A stretch of 64,000 nucleotides of DNA from Candidatus Cryptobacteroides sp. (GTDB lineage Bacteria; Bacteroidota; Bacteroidia; Bacteroidales; UBA932), in the NCBI GenBank assembly GCA_045615565.1, contig JAZLFC010000009.1:9947-73946 (forward strand). Direction: 5' to 3'. Numbering within the stretch: position 1 is the first letter of the stretch; the number at the start of each line of letters is the position of its first letter. Below are positions 1 to 14,983 of the stretch, piece by piece. Under the pieces are notes generated by a model. The model made no database searches and was not told where the DNA came from. It saw nothing but the letters and a program-made list of their open reading frames with translations. The position numbers and the translations under genes are program-made.

Positions 1-722
1 ATCAACGGCCTGAGTTCAGGCGTGAGTCCACCCTTTCTGGCATCGGTATAAATGTAGGTGGAAAGTGTATCAAGCCCTATCGTCCCGCGTGTAAAGAAAG
101 TGACTGCAAAATCGTCCAGACTCATTGTAAAAGCCAGAATAAAACCGCTGATCATTCCGGGTTTCAACTGGGGAATCATAACCTTTCTGAGAGCCCGGGC
201 CGGGGTGGCCCCCAGATCAAGGGCCGCTTCGTATATGTTTGGATTAATCTGGGACAGTCTCGGAAGTACACTTAGCACAACGTAAGGTGTACAGAAAGTG
301 ACGTGAGCCAGGATAACAGTCAGATAGCCCTGGGAGAAATGCAGGAATACGAACAGCAGGAAAAGGGACACGCCTGTGATGACGTCCGGATTGATCATCG
401 GAATTCCGTTCAGGAACTGGATTGTACTCTTCAACTTTCCCTTCATATTATATATTCCTATCGCTGCTATCGTCCCCAGGGCAGTGGACACCGTGGCCGC
501 CGCAACAGCGATAAGCAGAGTATTCTTGACAGCCGCCAGCAGAGAGCCCGCTCCCTGCATGCCACCGGTAAACAGATTATCATAAAGTCTGAGGGAAAAA
601 CCGGTCCAGTTTCCAAGAACCCTTGATTCGGTAAAAGAAAATACTGCTATGAAAATCAGAGGGGTATACAGAAGTATGACAAGCAGCCAGATATAGGCTT
701 TCGCAAGTATCTTTTTCATCAT
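1..722 (-). CDS. potC: Spermidine/putrescine ABC transporter permease PotC (3' end runs off the window)
   Basis: Not in the ORF track. Manual translation from ATG at 722 gives [44 protein letters not shown]...TYIYTDARKGGLTPELRPL. It overlaps the potB stop by 4 nt and follows potA-potB. Confidence 0.9.
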   Translation of the reverse strand, partial: MMKKILAKAYIWLLVILLYTPLIFIAVFSFTESRVLGNWTGFSLRLYDNLFTGGMQGAGSLLAAVKNTLLIAVAAATVSTALGTIAAIGIYNMKGKLKSTIQFLNGIPMINPDVITGVSLFLLFVFLHFSQGYLTVILAHVTFCTPYVVLSVLPRLSQINPNIYEAALDLGATPARALRKVMIPQLKPGMISGFILAFTMSLDDFAVTFFTRGTIGLDTLSTYIYTDARKGGLTPELRPL

Positions 723-1504
723 ACCGCCGCGCCTCCTACCGCCGCTTTTCCGTCATCGCCGGAAATAATTGTTGTAAGACCTATGATCACAAGCATTATC
801 AGAGACAACGCAGCGCCATAATTCCACATTGAGGAATTGATGTTTTCCTGAATGATGGTACCGAAAAGCTTTATCTTGCCGTTGGTAAGGAATTCCGAAA
901 TTGCAAAAGTGCTCACGGTAGGCATAAACACCATAAGGATACCGCTCCTGACACCGGGCATCGAAAGCGGCACGGTCACTTTCCAGAATACCTGGAAAGG
1001 ATTTGCACCGAGATCTTCCGCGGCTTCGGCGAATGACTTGTCCATCTTGTTCAGCACATTGTAGATGGGATAAATCATAAATGGAAGATAATCGTACACC
1101 ATACCGTACAGCAATGTCCCCTTGCCTAGTCTGAAGCCGAGAACATTGAAAAGTTCCGCAGTGGCGAGCGTCCTCATCAGGGCATTGATCCACATCGGAA
1201 GAACGAACAGGATTACCGTCACCGCACTTCTGTTGTATTTTTTATTCGAGAGAATCCATGCTGCAGGATATCCTATCAGGATGCACAGGACCGTATTTTC
1301 AATCGCCACCTCAAGCGAAAGTGCGAAGGTGGCTATGGCATCTGAATCCGAGAAGAAACGCAGAACGTTTTCGAACGAGAAATTTCCGCTGCCGTCCTGA
1401 AGCGCATATACAAGGATAAGCACAAGAGGAAGTGCCACGAAAAGGATCATGAAGATCAGGTAGGGCAAGGCCCAGGTAGATCTCTTAATCATCGGCCGAA
1501 ACAA
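719..1504 (-). CDS. potB: Spermidine/putrescine ABC transporter permease PotB
   Basis: 261 aa multi-TM protein with EAA loop (EAAEDLGA) and [12 protein letters not shown]; directly downstream of potA. Confidence 0.9.
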   Translation of the reverse strand: MFRPMIKRSTWALPYLIFMILFVALPLVLILVYALQDGSGNFSFENVLRFFSDSDAIATFALSLEVAIENTVLCILIGYPAAWILSNKKYNRSAVTVILFVLPMWINALMRTLATAELFNVLGFRLGKGTLLYGMVYDYLPFMIYPIYNVLNKMDKSFAEAAEDLGANPFQVFWKVTVPLSMPGVRSGILMVFMPTVSTFAISEFLTNGKIKLFGTIIQENINSSMWNYGAALSLIMLVIIGLTTIISGDDGKAAVGGAAV

Positions 1505-2864
1505 AGTTTATATCCTTAGGAAGAATATTGACACCTACCAGATCCCCCTTGTCCCATATGTCCTGTGTATCGGCATAAATATATTCTCCGTTGTCGAGAA
1601 GCACCGTGATATGGTAGTGGTCGCCTTTGTAGATAATGGAATTGACCTCTCCGGCAATCATTCCGTCATCCTGATGGTCCATCAGGTCAACCTTGTCGAA
1701 TGACACTGCGACTTCCGTCTTTGAGAGGGCAGGCAGATCCGTATGTCCGCATTCGAATTCACAGGAGAGGAACTCGACGTGGTTCTCATCAATGACGGTG
1801 GCTTCGAAAGTATTGCAGATACGTTCTTTTTTCATAACCTGGATATTTTCGGGAAGAATGAAAAGACCGACCCTGCTGCCGACCTCAAACTGCTTGAAAT
1901 CCTGAGCCATCAGCTCATATCCGGTCTCGGTATTGACAAATAACTGATAATAGACGCCTTTGAAGGTACAGGATGTCACAGTCCCGAAGAACATCGACTT
2001 GCTCTGATCCCTTCTGATCTGCACGTCCTCGGGTCTGACCACAACGTCAACAGGCGCGTTCTCACCGAAGCCTTCATCCACACAGTCGAACTCATAACCG
2101 GCGAAACGCACTCTGCGGTCCCTTATCATGAGTCCGTTGAGAATATTGGACTCTCCGATAAAATCCGCAACGAACGAGTTCTTCGGCTCATTATAGATAT
2201 CAATAGGAGAACCGACCTGTTGGATGCGACCTTTGTCCATAACAACGACGGTATCACTCAGGGTGAGAGCTTCCTCCTGATCGTGAGTCACATAGATGAA
2301 GGTAATGCCGAGCTTCTTGTGCATTTCCTTGAGTTCTATCTGCATATCCTTGCGCATCTTGAAATCAAGAGCCGCCAGAGGCTCGTCAAGGAGAAGCACC
2401 TTAGGCTGGTTCACCAGGGCCCTGGCAATGGCAACTCTCTGTTGTTGCCCGCCGGAAAGAGAGTCGACATTCCTGTCCTCGTAGTCGGTCATAGAAACCA
2501 TTTTGAGTACCTTGCGAACCCTTTTGTCGATCTCGTCCGAAGGCACCTTCCGAAGCTTGAGCCCGAAAGCGATATTGTCATATACATCGAGATGCGGGAA
2601 GAGTGCATACCTCTGGAAAACCGTATTCAGAGGCCTTTTGAAAGGAGGCACGTCCTTGAGGTTCCTGCCCTCAAGCGAAATGGTCCCTTCCTCAGGAGAA
2701 AGGAAACCGGCGATAAGCCTCAGAGTAGTGGTTTTTCCGCAGCCGGAAGGTCCAAGCAACGTGACGAATTCACCCTGCCGTATCTGAAGATTTATGTCAT
2801 CCAGGACCTGTTTGCCACCAAAACTATGGCTGACGTGCTGAAGATCTATAATGACATTGTCCAT
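1485..2864 (-). CDS. potA: Polyamine ABC transporter ATP-binding protein PotA
   Basis: Walker [47 protein letters not shown] and C-terminal TOBE-like extension. Confidence 0.95.
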   Translation of the reverse strand: MDNVIIDLQHVSHSFGGKQVLDDINLQIRQGEFVTLLGPSGCGKTTTLRLIAGFLSPEEGTISLEGRNLKDVPPFKRPLNTVFQRYALFPHLDVYDNIAFGLKLRKVPSDEIDKRVRKVLKMVSMTDYEDRNVDSLSGGQQQRVAIARALVNQPKVLLLDEPLAALDFKMRKDMQIELKEMHKKLGITFIYVTHDQEEALTLSDTVVVMDKGRIQQVGSPIDIYNEPKNSFVADFIGESNILNGLMIRDRRVRFAGYEFDCVDEGFGENAPVDVVVRPEDVQIRRDQSKSMFFGTVTSCTFKGVYYQLFVNTETGYELMAQDFKQFEVGSRVGLFILPENIQVMKKERICNTFEATVIDENHVEFLSCEFECGHTDLPALSKTEVAVSFDKVDLMDHQDDGMIAGEVNSIIYKGDHYHITVLLDNGEYIYADTQDIWDKGDLVGVNILPKDINFVSADD

Positions 2865-3793
2865 GTAACGCCCAGGTTAAATGAAGGAGTTTTCAGAATA
2901 TTGTTGTATTCGGCAAGGGCGTGAACGCGCAGCTGCTCTATCGGGAACCAGTTTGCCACAAGGCTTCCGGAGAACCTGTTCGAATCATATTCCTCAAGGA
3001 AATCAGGCAGAACATCGTTCTCGTATGACGCCCTGGCGGTAAATGACAGTTTCTCAGTCGGGCGGAATGTACAATTCAAAGTATTGGAACCGTGATACCC
3101 CTGTCGCAGTTCCGTAACGCTGTCCAGACCGAGTTCCCATTTGCCCAAAAGGAACTTGTGTCCCATTGCAAAAAGGAATTCGTCAATATAGTTCAGTGAG
3201 AAAAGGCCGTTGTACCATTCGCACCCTGTTGTCATTGCTTCAAGGGAAGCGGCGTATTTACCGCTCGCAAATGGTCTCTCTCCATAAGGAGAAGCAGTGA
3301 CCTGAGCCGACAGGGAGAAATCTTCGGACGGGGACCAGGTCAGCATACCTCCCCACTGGTAAGTGGGAAGATTGAGCCAGAAGGCACTGGCGTTTTCATA
3401 ATAGGCGTCAAAATCATATCCGTCAAATTCCCAAGTACCTATTCTTATATAGTCCTTGCCAAGAGAAAACTGGAACTGACCGAAGTCATAGGCAATCCAC
3501 GCCCAGTCAAGCCAGTTTACATTGTCACTGCGCAGAGTGTTCGAATAAAGGGACCCGGGGTCGGAGGAAAGGAGATGAAGCGAAGCTCCATACGAGAACC
3601 GCTCGGAAAAAGTGCCGTCAATAAGGAAATAAAAGGAAGAATTACCGAGATGATAGCCTTCCGGAATTGAAGAGTACTCAGCTCTTGCAACAACAGTCAA
3701 CTCGGGTTTATTACCGAGAGACTCAGCCTCTTGCGAGAACGCAAGAAAGCACGGCAGCATCAAAACTGCAAACGATAATAATGTTCTTCTCAT
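2846..3793 (-). CDS. Outer-membrane beta-barrel, OprO/OprP-like porin
   Basis: N-terminal signal peptide, alternating amphipathic aromatic strands, [12 protein letters not shown] motif and C-terminal strand FNLGVTW. First gene of the pot operon. Confidence 0.6.
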   Translation of the reverse strand: MRRTLLSFAVLMLPCFLAFSQEAESLGNKPELTVVARAEYSSIPEGYHLGNSSFYFLIDGTFSERFSYGASLHLLSSDPGSLYSNTLRSDNVNWLDWAWIAYDFGQFQFSLGKDYIRIGTWEFDGYDFDAYYENASAFWLNLPTYQWGGMLTWSPSEDFSLSAQVTASPYGERPFASGKYAASLEAMTTGCEWYNGLFSLNYIDEFLFAMGHKFLLGKWELGLDSVTELRQGYHGSNTLNCTFRPTEKLSFTARASYENDVLPDFLEEYDSNRFSGSLVANWFPIEQLRVHALAEYNNILKTPSFNLGVTWTMSL

Positions 3794-3847
3794 TAGGCCT
3801 CATAAAAAAGGTTTTGGTTAACACGGAAGGAACCGCGCATTCGACCG

Positions 3848-3855
3848 CAAATATA
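3848..3855 (-). promoter_or_regulatory. Bacteroidota -7 promoter box for the porin-potABC operon
   Basis: TATATTTG on the minus strand matches TAnnTTTG, 54 nt upstream of the ATG. Confidence 0.65.
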
Positions 3856-3903
3856 GATAATTTTGATAAAAAATCTTTATTTTAGCATCAAACATTACTC
3901 ATC

Positions 3904-9528
<5,625 letters not shown>

Positions 9529-9549
9529 ATCTGGCAGAACCTATCGGAC

Positions 9550-9596
9550 AAAAACAAAGACGGCGGAGAGTCTGATACGTCCAAGCTCTCCGTCGT
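9550..9596 (-). terminator. Probable intrinsic terminator after the histone H1-like gene
   Basis: 11-bp stem ACGACGGAGAG/CTCTCCGCCGT (one mismatch) followed by CTTTGTTTTT on the minus strand. Confidence 0.55.
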
Positions 9597-9614
9597 TCAT
9601 CAGCAAACAAGAAA

Positions 9615-9782
9615 CTACTTCTTCGATGCTGCGATTGAAGCCTTGCGATACTCTTTGCCGAGTTTCTCGAGCTCGAGAGTAGCCTTGCGCACACGTGCCT
9701 GGGCGGCTTTGTTGCCTTCCTTAACGATGTCAACCTTGATAGCGTCAACAACAGCATTGATTTTTGCGATAAGCTCTTTCAT
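9615..9782 (-). CDS. Small basic histone H1-like (Hc1-type) protein, 55 aa
   Basis: Below the ORF-track cut-off. Manual translation: MKELIAKINAVVDAIKVDIVKEGNKAAQARVRKATLELEKLGKEYRKASIAASKK, with the GNKAAxxRxRKA motif of the Bacteroidota H1-like family. Has its own TATATTTG box (9830-9837) and a terminator. Confidence 0.85.
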   Translation of the reverse strand: MKELIAKINAVVDAIKVDIVKEGNKAAQARVRKATLELEKLGKEYRKASIAASKK

Positions 9783-9829
9783 GATAAAAATTATTAATGG
9801 TTATTATTGCTTAAGTAACGTCACGTTTA

Positions 9830-9837
9830 CAAATATA
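9830..9837 (-). promoter_or_regulatory. -7 promoter box of the histone H1-like gene
   Basis: TATATTTG on the minus strand. Confidence 0.65.
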
Positions 9838-9855
9838 AACAAAAAGTTTCAATAT

Positions 9856-11328
9856 TCAGCCAAGCTTGCGGTTATAGTAACGCCTCCATTGAAGGAACAG
9901 TAAAAAAGAAACGTAAAAAGCAGCGATAGCGATGACAGGCGCCCATCGCATCGGAATGCCGAGGCAAATATTGTCTACGAAGAAATATGTCACGACCACG
10001 GAAGTCACGAAGCTGGCCGGAATGGCGGTGATGAGGAAATACCACCTTTTGTTTTTTTGAACCAGGTAGATTGACGCAAGCCATAGCGTAAATCCCGCCA
10101 GAGTCTGGTTCGCCAATCCGAAATATCTCCATATAATATTGAAACCCTGTTCGTTGGACACATTGAACCAAAGCAACAGAATAGTAAGCGCAAAAAGAGG
10201 GACAGCAAGGAAGATGCGGTTTTTCTTTGGTTTCTGGTCAACTTTGAAGAAATCGGCAACGATAAGTCTGGCGCTTCTGAATGCAGTGTCTCCACTGGTG
10301 ATAGGAGCAGCTACGACGCCTATAATCGCAAGAATTCCACCTAATATTCCGAGCCAGGAGGTGGCGACCTTGGTTACAACGGTAGGAGCGGCGGCATTGA
10401 GGTCTGATCCAACCTCTGAGGCGCCACCGTCGAAGAAGAAATAGGACGAAACCGCAGCCCAAACAAGAGCAACAAGTCCTTCCGCTATCATTGCACCATA
10501 AAATACGACACGGCCGTTCTTCTCGTTCATCAGGCATCTTGCCATAATGGGGCTCTGGGTAGCGTGAAAACCGCTTATGGCCCCGCATGCTATTGTTATG
10601 AACAGGCAAGGGAATATGCTCTGAGCCGACATTCCCGGCAAACCCGCTTCAGCACCCATATTGGAAAGCCCGTTCCAAATCTCCGGCAGTGACGGCCATT
10701 TTATGATAAGGCAGACCATAAGTGATATGGCCATAAACAGCAGGGATGCAGCAAAGAACGGATAAACTTTTCCTATGATTTTGTCGACCGGCAGAAGCGT
10801 AGCCAGGATATAGTACAGGAAAATGGCTCCCGTCCAGATCATAATGGAAGTCTTTGTACCGTTCCCTGCGATATCGCCCAGGATGATGGCGGGGCTATAC
10901 ACGAATACAGTCCCCACAAGCAGGAGGAGTACCAGCGATATTATCAGCATAGCCGTCCTTGATGATTTGCTCATATACTTGCCGACAAGGTCGGGAAGCG
11001 ACGCTCCGCCGTGACGTATGCTTATCATACCAGTGAAATAATCGTGAACAGCTCCGGCGAAAATAGAGCCGAAAACAATCCAAAGATATGATGCGGGGCC
11101 GAACTTGGCCCCCATAATTGCTCCGAATATAGGTCCTGTCCCTGCAATGTTAAGGAACTGAATCATATAGACTTTCCAACTCGGCATCGGCACAAAGTCA
11201 ACTCCGTCATCCTTGGTGAAAGCCGGCGTAATCCTGGTTGAATCAGGTTTGAACACCCTTTCAACGAATCTGCCGTAAAAAACGTAGCCGATCAGCAAAG
11301 CACATACACACAGAAGGAAAGAAAACAT
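9856..11328 (-). CDS. cstA: Carbon starvation protein A, peptide/pyruvate transporter family
   Basis: QFLNIAGTGPIFG, GAVHDYF, TIACGAISGFHATQSP and PITSGDTAFRSAR motifs; multi-TM. Confidence 0.93.
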   Translation of the reverse strand: MFSFLLCVCALLIGYVFYGRFVERVFKPDSTRITPAFTKDDGVDFVPMPSWKVYMIQFLNIAGTGPIFGAIMGAKFGPASYLWIVFGSIFAGAVHDYFTGMISIRHGGASLPDLVGKYMSKSSRTAMLIISLVLLLLVGTVFVYSPAIILGDIAGNGTKTSIMIWTGAIFLYYILATLLPVDKIIGKVYPFFAASLLFMAISLMVCLIIKWPSLPEIWNGLSNMGAEAGLPGMSAQSIFPCLFITIACGAISGFHATQSPIMARCLMNEKNGRVVFYGAMIAEGLVALVWAAVSSYFFFDGGASEVGSDLNAAAPTVVTKVATSWLGILGGILAIIGVVAAPITSGDTAFRSARLIVADFFKVDQKPKKNRIFLAVPLFALTILLLWFNVSNEQGFNIIWRYFGLANQTLAGFTLWLASIYLVQKNKRWYFLITAIPASFVTSVVVTYFFVDNICLGIPMRWAPVIAIAAFYVSFLLFLQWRRYYNRKLG

Positions 11329-11348
11329 AACAGATTATCTGGAATTTT

Positions 11349-11383
11349 CAAAACAAGAAGGCCTCGGACTATCTCCGAGGCCT
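11349..11383 (-). terminator. Intrinsic terminator after tRNA-Phe
   Basis: Perfect 10-bp stem AGGCCTCGGA/TCCGAGGCCT with a 5-nt loop, then TCTTGTTTT on the minus strand. Confidence 0.75.
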
Positions 11384-11390
11384 CCAAACG

Positions 11391-11463
11391 TGGTGCTGAC
11401 GGGAGTTGAACCAGTGACACATGGATTTTCAGTCCATTGCTCTACCACCTGAGCTACAGCACC
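11391..11463 (-). tRNA. tRNA-Phe (GAA)
   Basis: GGTGCTGTAGCTCAGGTGGTAGAGCAATGGACTGAAAATCCATGTGTCACTGGTTCAACTCCCGTCAGCACCA folds as a cloverleaf with anticodon GAA. The CCA tail is not encoded after the discriminator. Confidence 0.95.
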
Positions 11464-11481
11464 ATTATCTCAACGGGACTG

Positions 11482-11489
11482 CAAATATA
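11482..11489 (-). promoter_or_regulatory. -7 promoter box of tRNA-Phe
   Basis: TATATTTG followed by CAGTCCCG, 18 nt before the tRNA. Confidence 0.7.
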
Positions 11490-11553
11490 GATATTTTTCG
11501 AGAAGACACAAATTTTTATTGACTTAAGAAAGAAAATATTTCTAATTTCGCGT

Positions 11554-12900
11554 ATGCTTACAAAAAGCTGCATACAGGTCATTCTTCCCCTCCGTCTGGC
11601 ATGGGAGCCGTGGTATATCTGCGAAGAGGAAGTGACTGAAGGAGACAGGGTGCTCGTAAAGAATGCCGGCAAAGAATATGTCGCAGTAGTGAGCAGGGTG
11701 GGCTGCACACCGGAACTTGACATACAGAAGATCAAGCCGGTTGAAAGTGTGATAAAAGACCTCGGGAAGATTCTGCCTTCCGAATTAACTTTTTGGAGAT
11801 TCATATCAGAATATTACCTGTGCAGCGTAGGTGAGGTTTACAGATACGCGTATCCCGCAGGAGAAATCGAAGCGGAGGGAAAGAAGTCCCGAAAGAAGAT
11901 TGAAATCAGGTGTTGCGGAGCCTCACAGGGAGCACTGCAGCTGGAGAACACTGACAAACCTCTGTTGATACGGGGCGCAAACAGGAACAGATATTACGAG
12001 CAGTATATTTCCCGAACACTTTCAAACGGACGGGACGTGCTGATCCTCCGGTCCGGGAAAAGCAGAGAATCATTCGCCACGAGGCGCGAATATGCAAAAG
12101 CCGTCCGTTCCGATAAGGCTGTGGTGATTGACGGGAACAAGAGCAACATATTTCTTCCGTTTACCAAACTGGGCCTTATAATCATCGATGACGAGGGCAG
12201 CCCGTCATACAAAAACAACGGCTCCGCACCCAGGTTCAACGGCAGGGACGCAGCGATAATGCTGGCAAAGATTCACGGCGCCGACGTAATCATCGGCTCC
12301 CTGACACCATCGCTGGAGACACTGCTTAACGTCGAGTGCGGAAGATTCAGGATAAAAGAGGCGGACAAGCCGGAACTCTCTGAAATTGAAGTCATAGACA
12401 CCGATGCTGAGTTCCGCAGGAACGGTATGGTCGGAGAGCGCAGCAGAAAGCTCATCGCCGCGGAAGAGGAGATCAGTTCCAAAGGAGGCCGATACCTGGA
12501 GACAAACAGTTGGGAACTGGGCAGGATTATCAATACGCGTCTGGGGAAATATGACCTGATTGCTGTCCTTCACGCCGAGATGCTGAGTTCGGGATCCGAT
12601 TTCAGAGCTGATGAAAAATATCTGAGGACCATCGAGATATTGCGCAGCAGATGCAAGGGCCGCCTGATCATCCAGACGAAGGCATCCGAAGTATGCGGCA
12701 AATCGGTCGGAACCTTGCTTCAAGAGAGGAAGCAGTTCGGATTTCCTCCATATACGAGGCTTGTGGAAATCAGGAAAAGGAATCGGGAAGAACCGGTAAA
12801 ACGCTATTTTCTCCGGAAGGACAGTCACCTTGCCGAAAGGAAAAAAGAAATTGCAGCCTCCTGCCCGAAAGACTGCTTCATAGATGTGGATCCGCTATAA
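11554..12900 (+). CDS. priA: Primosomal protein N' (PriA), shortened and with degenerate helicase motifs
   Basis: 3'-DNA-binding domain (VILPL...FWRFISEYYLCSVGEVY), SNIFLPF..LGLIII, SYK..APRFNGRDAA, GSLTPSLET, DFRADE, LIIQT, ERKQFGFPPY and terminal IDVDP. Walker A, DExH and CxxC motifs are absent. Confidence 0.85.
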   Translation: MLTKSCIQVILPLRLAWEPWYICEEEVTEGDRVLVKNAGKEYVAVVSRVGCTPELDIQKIKPVESVIKDLGKILPSELTFWRFISEYYLCSVGEVYRYAYPAGEIEAEGKKSRKKIEIRCCGASQGALQLENTDKPLLIRGANRNRYYEQYISRTLSNGRDVLILRSGKSRESFATRREYAKAVRSDKAVVIDGNKSNIFLPFTKLGLIIIDDEGSPSYKNNGSAPRFNGRDAAIMLAKIHGADVIIGSLTPSLETLLNVECGRFRIKEADKPELSEIEVIDTDAEFRRNGMVGERSRKLIAAEEEISSKGGRYLETNSWELGRIINTRLGKYDLIAVLHAEMLSSGSDFRADEKYLRTIEILRSRCKGRLIIQTKASEVCGKSVGTLLQERKQFGFPPYTRLVEIRKRNREEPVKRYFLRKDSHLAERKKEIAASCPKDCFIDVDPL

Positions 12901-13536
12901 CGTTTCAAGGAAACGCTGCACCGTTTCCACTGATTTCCCGGTCACGCTCCCCCAGAAATCCTCATACTGAAGCACCCTGTCATGACCTCCCACGCTATCG
13001 CTTATGACCCTGAGACTCAGGAAAGGCACGCTGTCAAGATGACAAACCTGCGCGATTGAGCAGGACTCCATATCGACAGCCTTGACATCCGGGAAACGGT
13101 TTCTGATCTGCTCTATTTCCTCATCCCTGGTACAGAATATGTCTCCGCTGGCTATGAGTCCCGGCTTCGCTCCAGCTTCGCAAGCCGCTTTCAGAAGACC
13201 TGCATCAGCATCGAACCTTGGAGGAAATCCCTGTATCTGGCCGTATTCATTCCCTGCCCCGCACCATACATCGTGATATACAACCTGGCTGGAAGCCACA
13301 ACATCCATAACCTGAATAGACAAATCGGCACCTCCGGCGCATCCTGTACTTACCAGACAGTCCGGACGATGCACTGATATCATCTCCACAGCCTTTATTG
13401 CAGCGTTGACCTTGCCGATACCGCTGCGGGCGAGTACGATTTCATTTCCGTTCAACGTTCCGGAAGGCTTTCCCCCCAGGAGTCCGGAGATAATTTCGAA
13501 CTCCTTGCTCATAGCTATAATAACGCCGATTTTCAT
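12895..13536 (-). CDS. mtnN: 5'-methylthioadenosine/S-adenosylhomocysteine nucleosidase
   Basis: IGVIIAMSKE, SGIGKVNAA, STGCAGG, VDMESCSIAQVC and LRVISD motifs. Confidence 0.93.
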   Translation of the reverse strand: MKIGVIIAMSKEFEIISGLLGGKPSGTLNGNEIVLARSGIGKVNAAIKAVEMISVHRPDCLVSTGCAGGADLSIQVMDVVASSQVVYHDVWCGAGNEYGQIQGFPPRFDADAGLLKAACEAGAKPGLIASGDIFCTRDEEIEQIRNRFPDVKAVDMESCSIAQVCHLDSVPFLSLRVISDSVGGHDRVLQYEDFWGSVTGKSVETVQRFLETL

Positions 13537-13554
13537 AACTGGTGCAAATATAAG

Positions 13555-13581
13555 AAAAAAGGCCGCAACCTTGTTGCGACC
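13555..13581 (-). terminator. Intrinsic terminator after the L31 gene
   Basis: GGTCGCAAC-AAG-GTTGCGGCC followed by TTTTTT on the minus strand. Confidence 0.8.
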
Positions 13582-13607
13582 TTTCGGACCTATTGCAGGC
13601 GCCAGTC

Positions 13608-13859
13608 TTATTTCTGGCGGTTCTTGTACCTCTGATAGAACTGGTCAACACGGCCGGCAGTATCGACAATCTTTTTCTTGCCGGTGTAGAAAGGGTGAGA
13701 TGTATTGGAAATCTCGACCTTTACAAGAGGATATTCAACGCCCTCGATAGTTATTGTCTCCTTTGTGGTGGCACAACTGCGGGTGATGAACACATCTTCG
13801 TTTGACATATCCTTGAAAGCTACAAGACGGTAGGTTTCGGGATGGATTCCTTGCTTCAT
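13608..13859 (-). CDS. rpmE2: 50S ribosomal protein L31 type B (no Zn-binding CxxC)
   Basis: MKQGIHP...EISNTSHPFYTGK...DTAGRVDQF. TATCTTTG box at 13885-13892. Confidence 0.97.
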   Translation of the reverse strand: MKQGIHPETYRLVAFKDMSNEDVFITRSCATTKETITIEGVEYPLVKVEISNTSHPFYTGKKKIVDTAGRVDQFYQRYKNRQK

Positions 13860-13918
13860 GACAATTGTTTTTTAGAATCGGGCGCAAAGATAGAAAAATA
13901 TTATCATTTATCCAACGG

Positions 13919-14983
13919 CTATTTCTTTCTGTAAGGAACATCGTCATACAGCAGATAGCGCTTTGCCTTGCGTATCCACTTCTGTTCTTCGATTTTTACG
14001 TGTTCCTGCACGATGTCGTAGGTAATATTGCCCTTGAGATACTCCGAAATCACAGGGTCCGCCACCTTGGTATGCAGGCTGTCGTACATTTCGAATTCCG
14101 GATAACGCCCGGCCATACATCTGATGAGAAGGAGGGTATGGAGCAGCGAATGATATCTGACACCGGGAAGAAGGATTATCTGGTAGCCGAAGCATTCGAC
14201 GTCTTTGTAGATTCCTGCGGTTGGAGTAAAGGAACAAGGCCTCAGAAGCACTCCTTCGGGAACGGGAAGGTCGGCCGCACTGTCAGTTCTGATAAACGGG
14301 GCGCCGAAATATTCATAGGGGCGTGCAGTTCCGATGGCCGGAGTGACATTGGTATTGTTCCAAAGCGCGCCACCGCTGTACAGGTCACAGGTAAACAGGC
14401 CGGGAATGTCGGCCGCAGGGGCTATTGTCCACGGCATTATCTCTCTGGATGCCGAGTCGCACAGGGCGGAAATGACGTGCAAAGGGAACCTGGCATTAAT
14501 TTCATCATAATACAGAGAAACCGTTTCGCCAAGCGTAAGACCGTGTCTGTGAGCCACTTTTGGGGTCCAGATATCGGAATCAACGGCCGGGACGGTGCCT
14601 TCCACCACCCTGCCTGCAGGATTGATGTGGTCGACAATATAGATTGACGGGCCTTCGGCCATCCTGGCGCGGGTGCTGACCAGCCTCATCACGTCACGCG
14701 TATAATTGAAATAACGGCTGCCGACATCCTGTATTTCAACCACGACCGCATCAAGTCCCTCAATATCTTCAAGTTCGAAATCGATATGGTTCGTCTGCCC
14801 GGTAAGTTCCGAATTCCTCGGGCCGAACACTCTTGCGAGGTTTCCCCTGTCACGGAAAATCTCATACAGATATTTACCGGTTTCGGGATTCCAGCAATTC
14901 TGCGTACAGAATACGCCCACCCTGCCTTCCGTCAATCCGCGATCCAGCTGCTCCTCAATCCTTGTTGTCCTGAAACTAAACAT
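13919..14983 (-). CDS. DUF1343/NamZ (GH171) exo-beta-N-acetylmuramidase-like protein, divergent
   Basis: EIQDVGSRYFNY, VDHINPAG, RHGLTLGE and GTARPYE...GAPF motifs. No signal peptide; 8-nt overlap with glmM. Confidence 0.75.
   Translation of the reverse strand: MFSFRTTRIEEQLDRGLTEGRVGVFCTQNCWNPETGKYLYEIFRDRGNLARVFGPRNSELTGQTNHIDFELEDIEGLDAVVVEIQDVGSRYFNYTRDVMRLVSTRARMAEGPSIYIVDHINPAGRVVEGTVPAVDSDIWTPKVAHRHGLTLGETVSLYYDEINARFPLHVISALCDSASREIMPWTIAPAADIPGLFTCDLYSGGALWNNTNVTPAIGTARPYEYFGAPFIRTDSAADLPVPEGVLLRPCSFTPTAGIYKDVECFGYQIILLPGVRYHSLLHTLLLIRCMAGRYPEFEMYDSLHTKVADPVISEYLKGNITYDIVQEHVKIEEQKWIRKAKRYLLYDDVPYRKK

Noticed and set aside
3725-3847. Leader of the pot operon: weak GGTT/AACC stem, T6 run and an out-of-frame ATG (26-aa peptide) 10 nt before the porin start, as a possible polyamine attenuator
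   Set aside because: The stem is only 4 bp and the peptide has no telling features; indistinguishable from chance without conservation data.
12046-12063. SGKS in PriA (residues 167-170) as a relocated P-loop
   Set aside because: It lacks the GxxGxGK(T/S) spacing and sits where motif Ia should be; the DExH motif is also lost.
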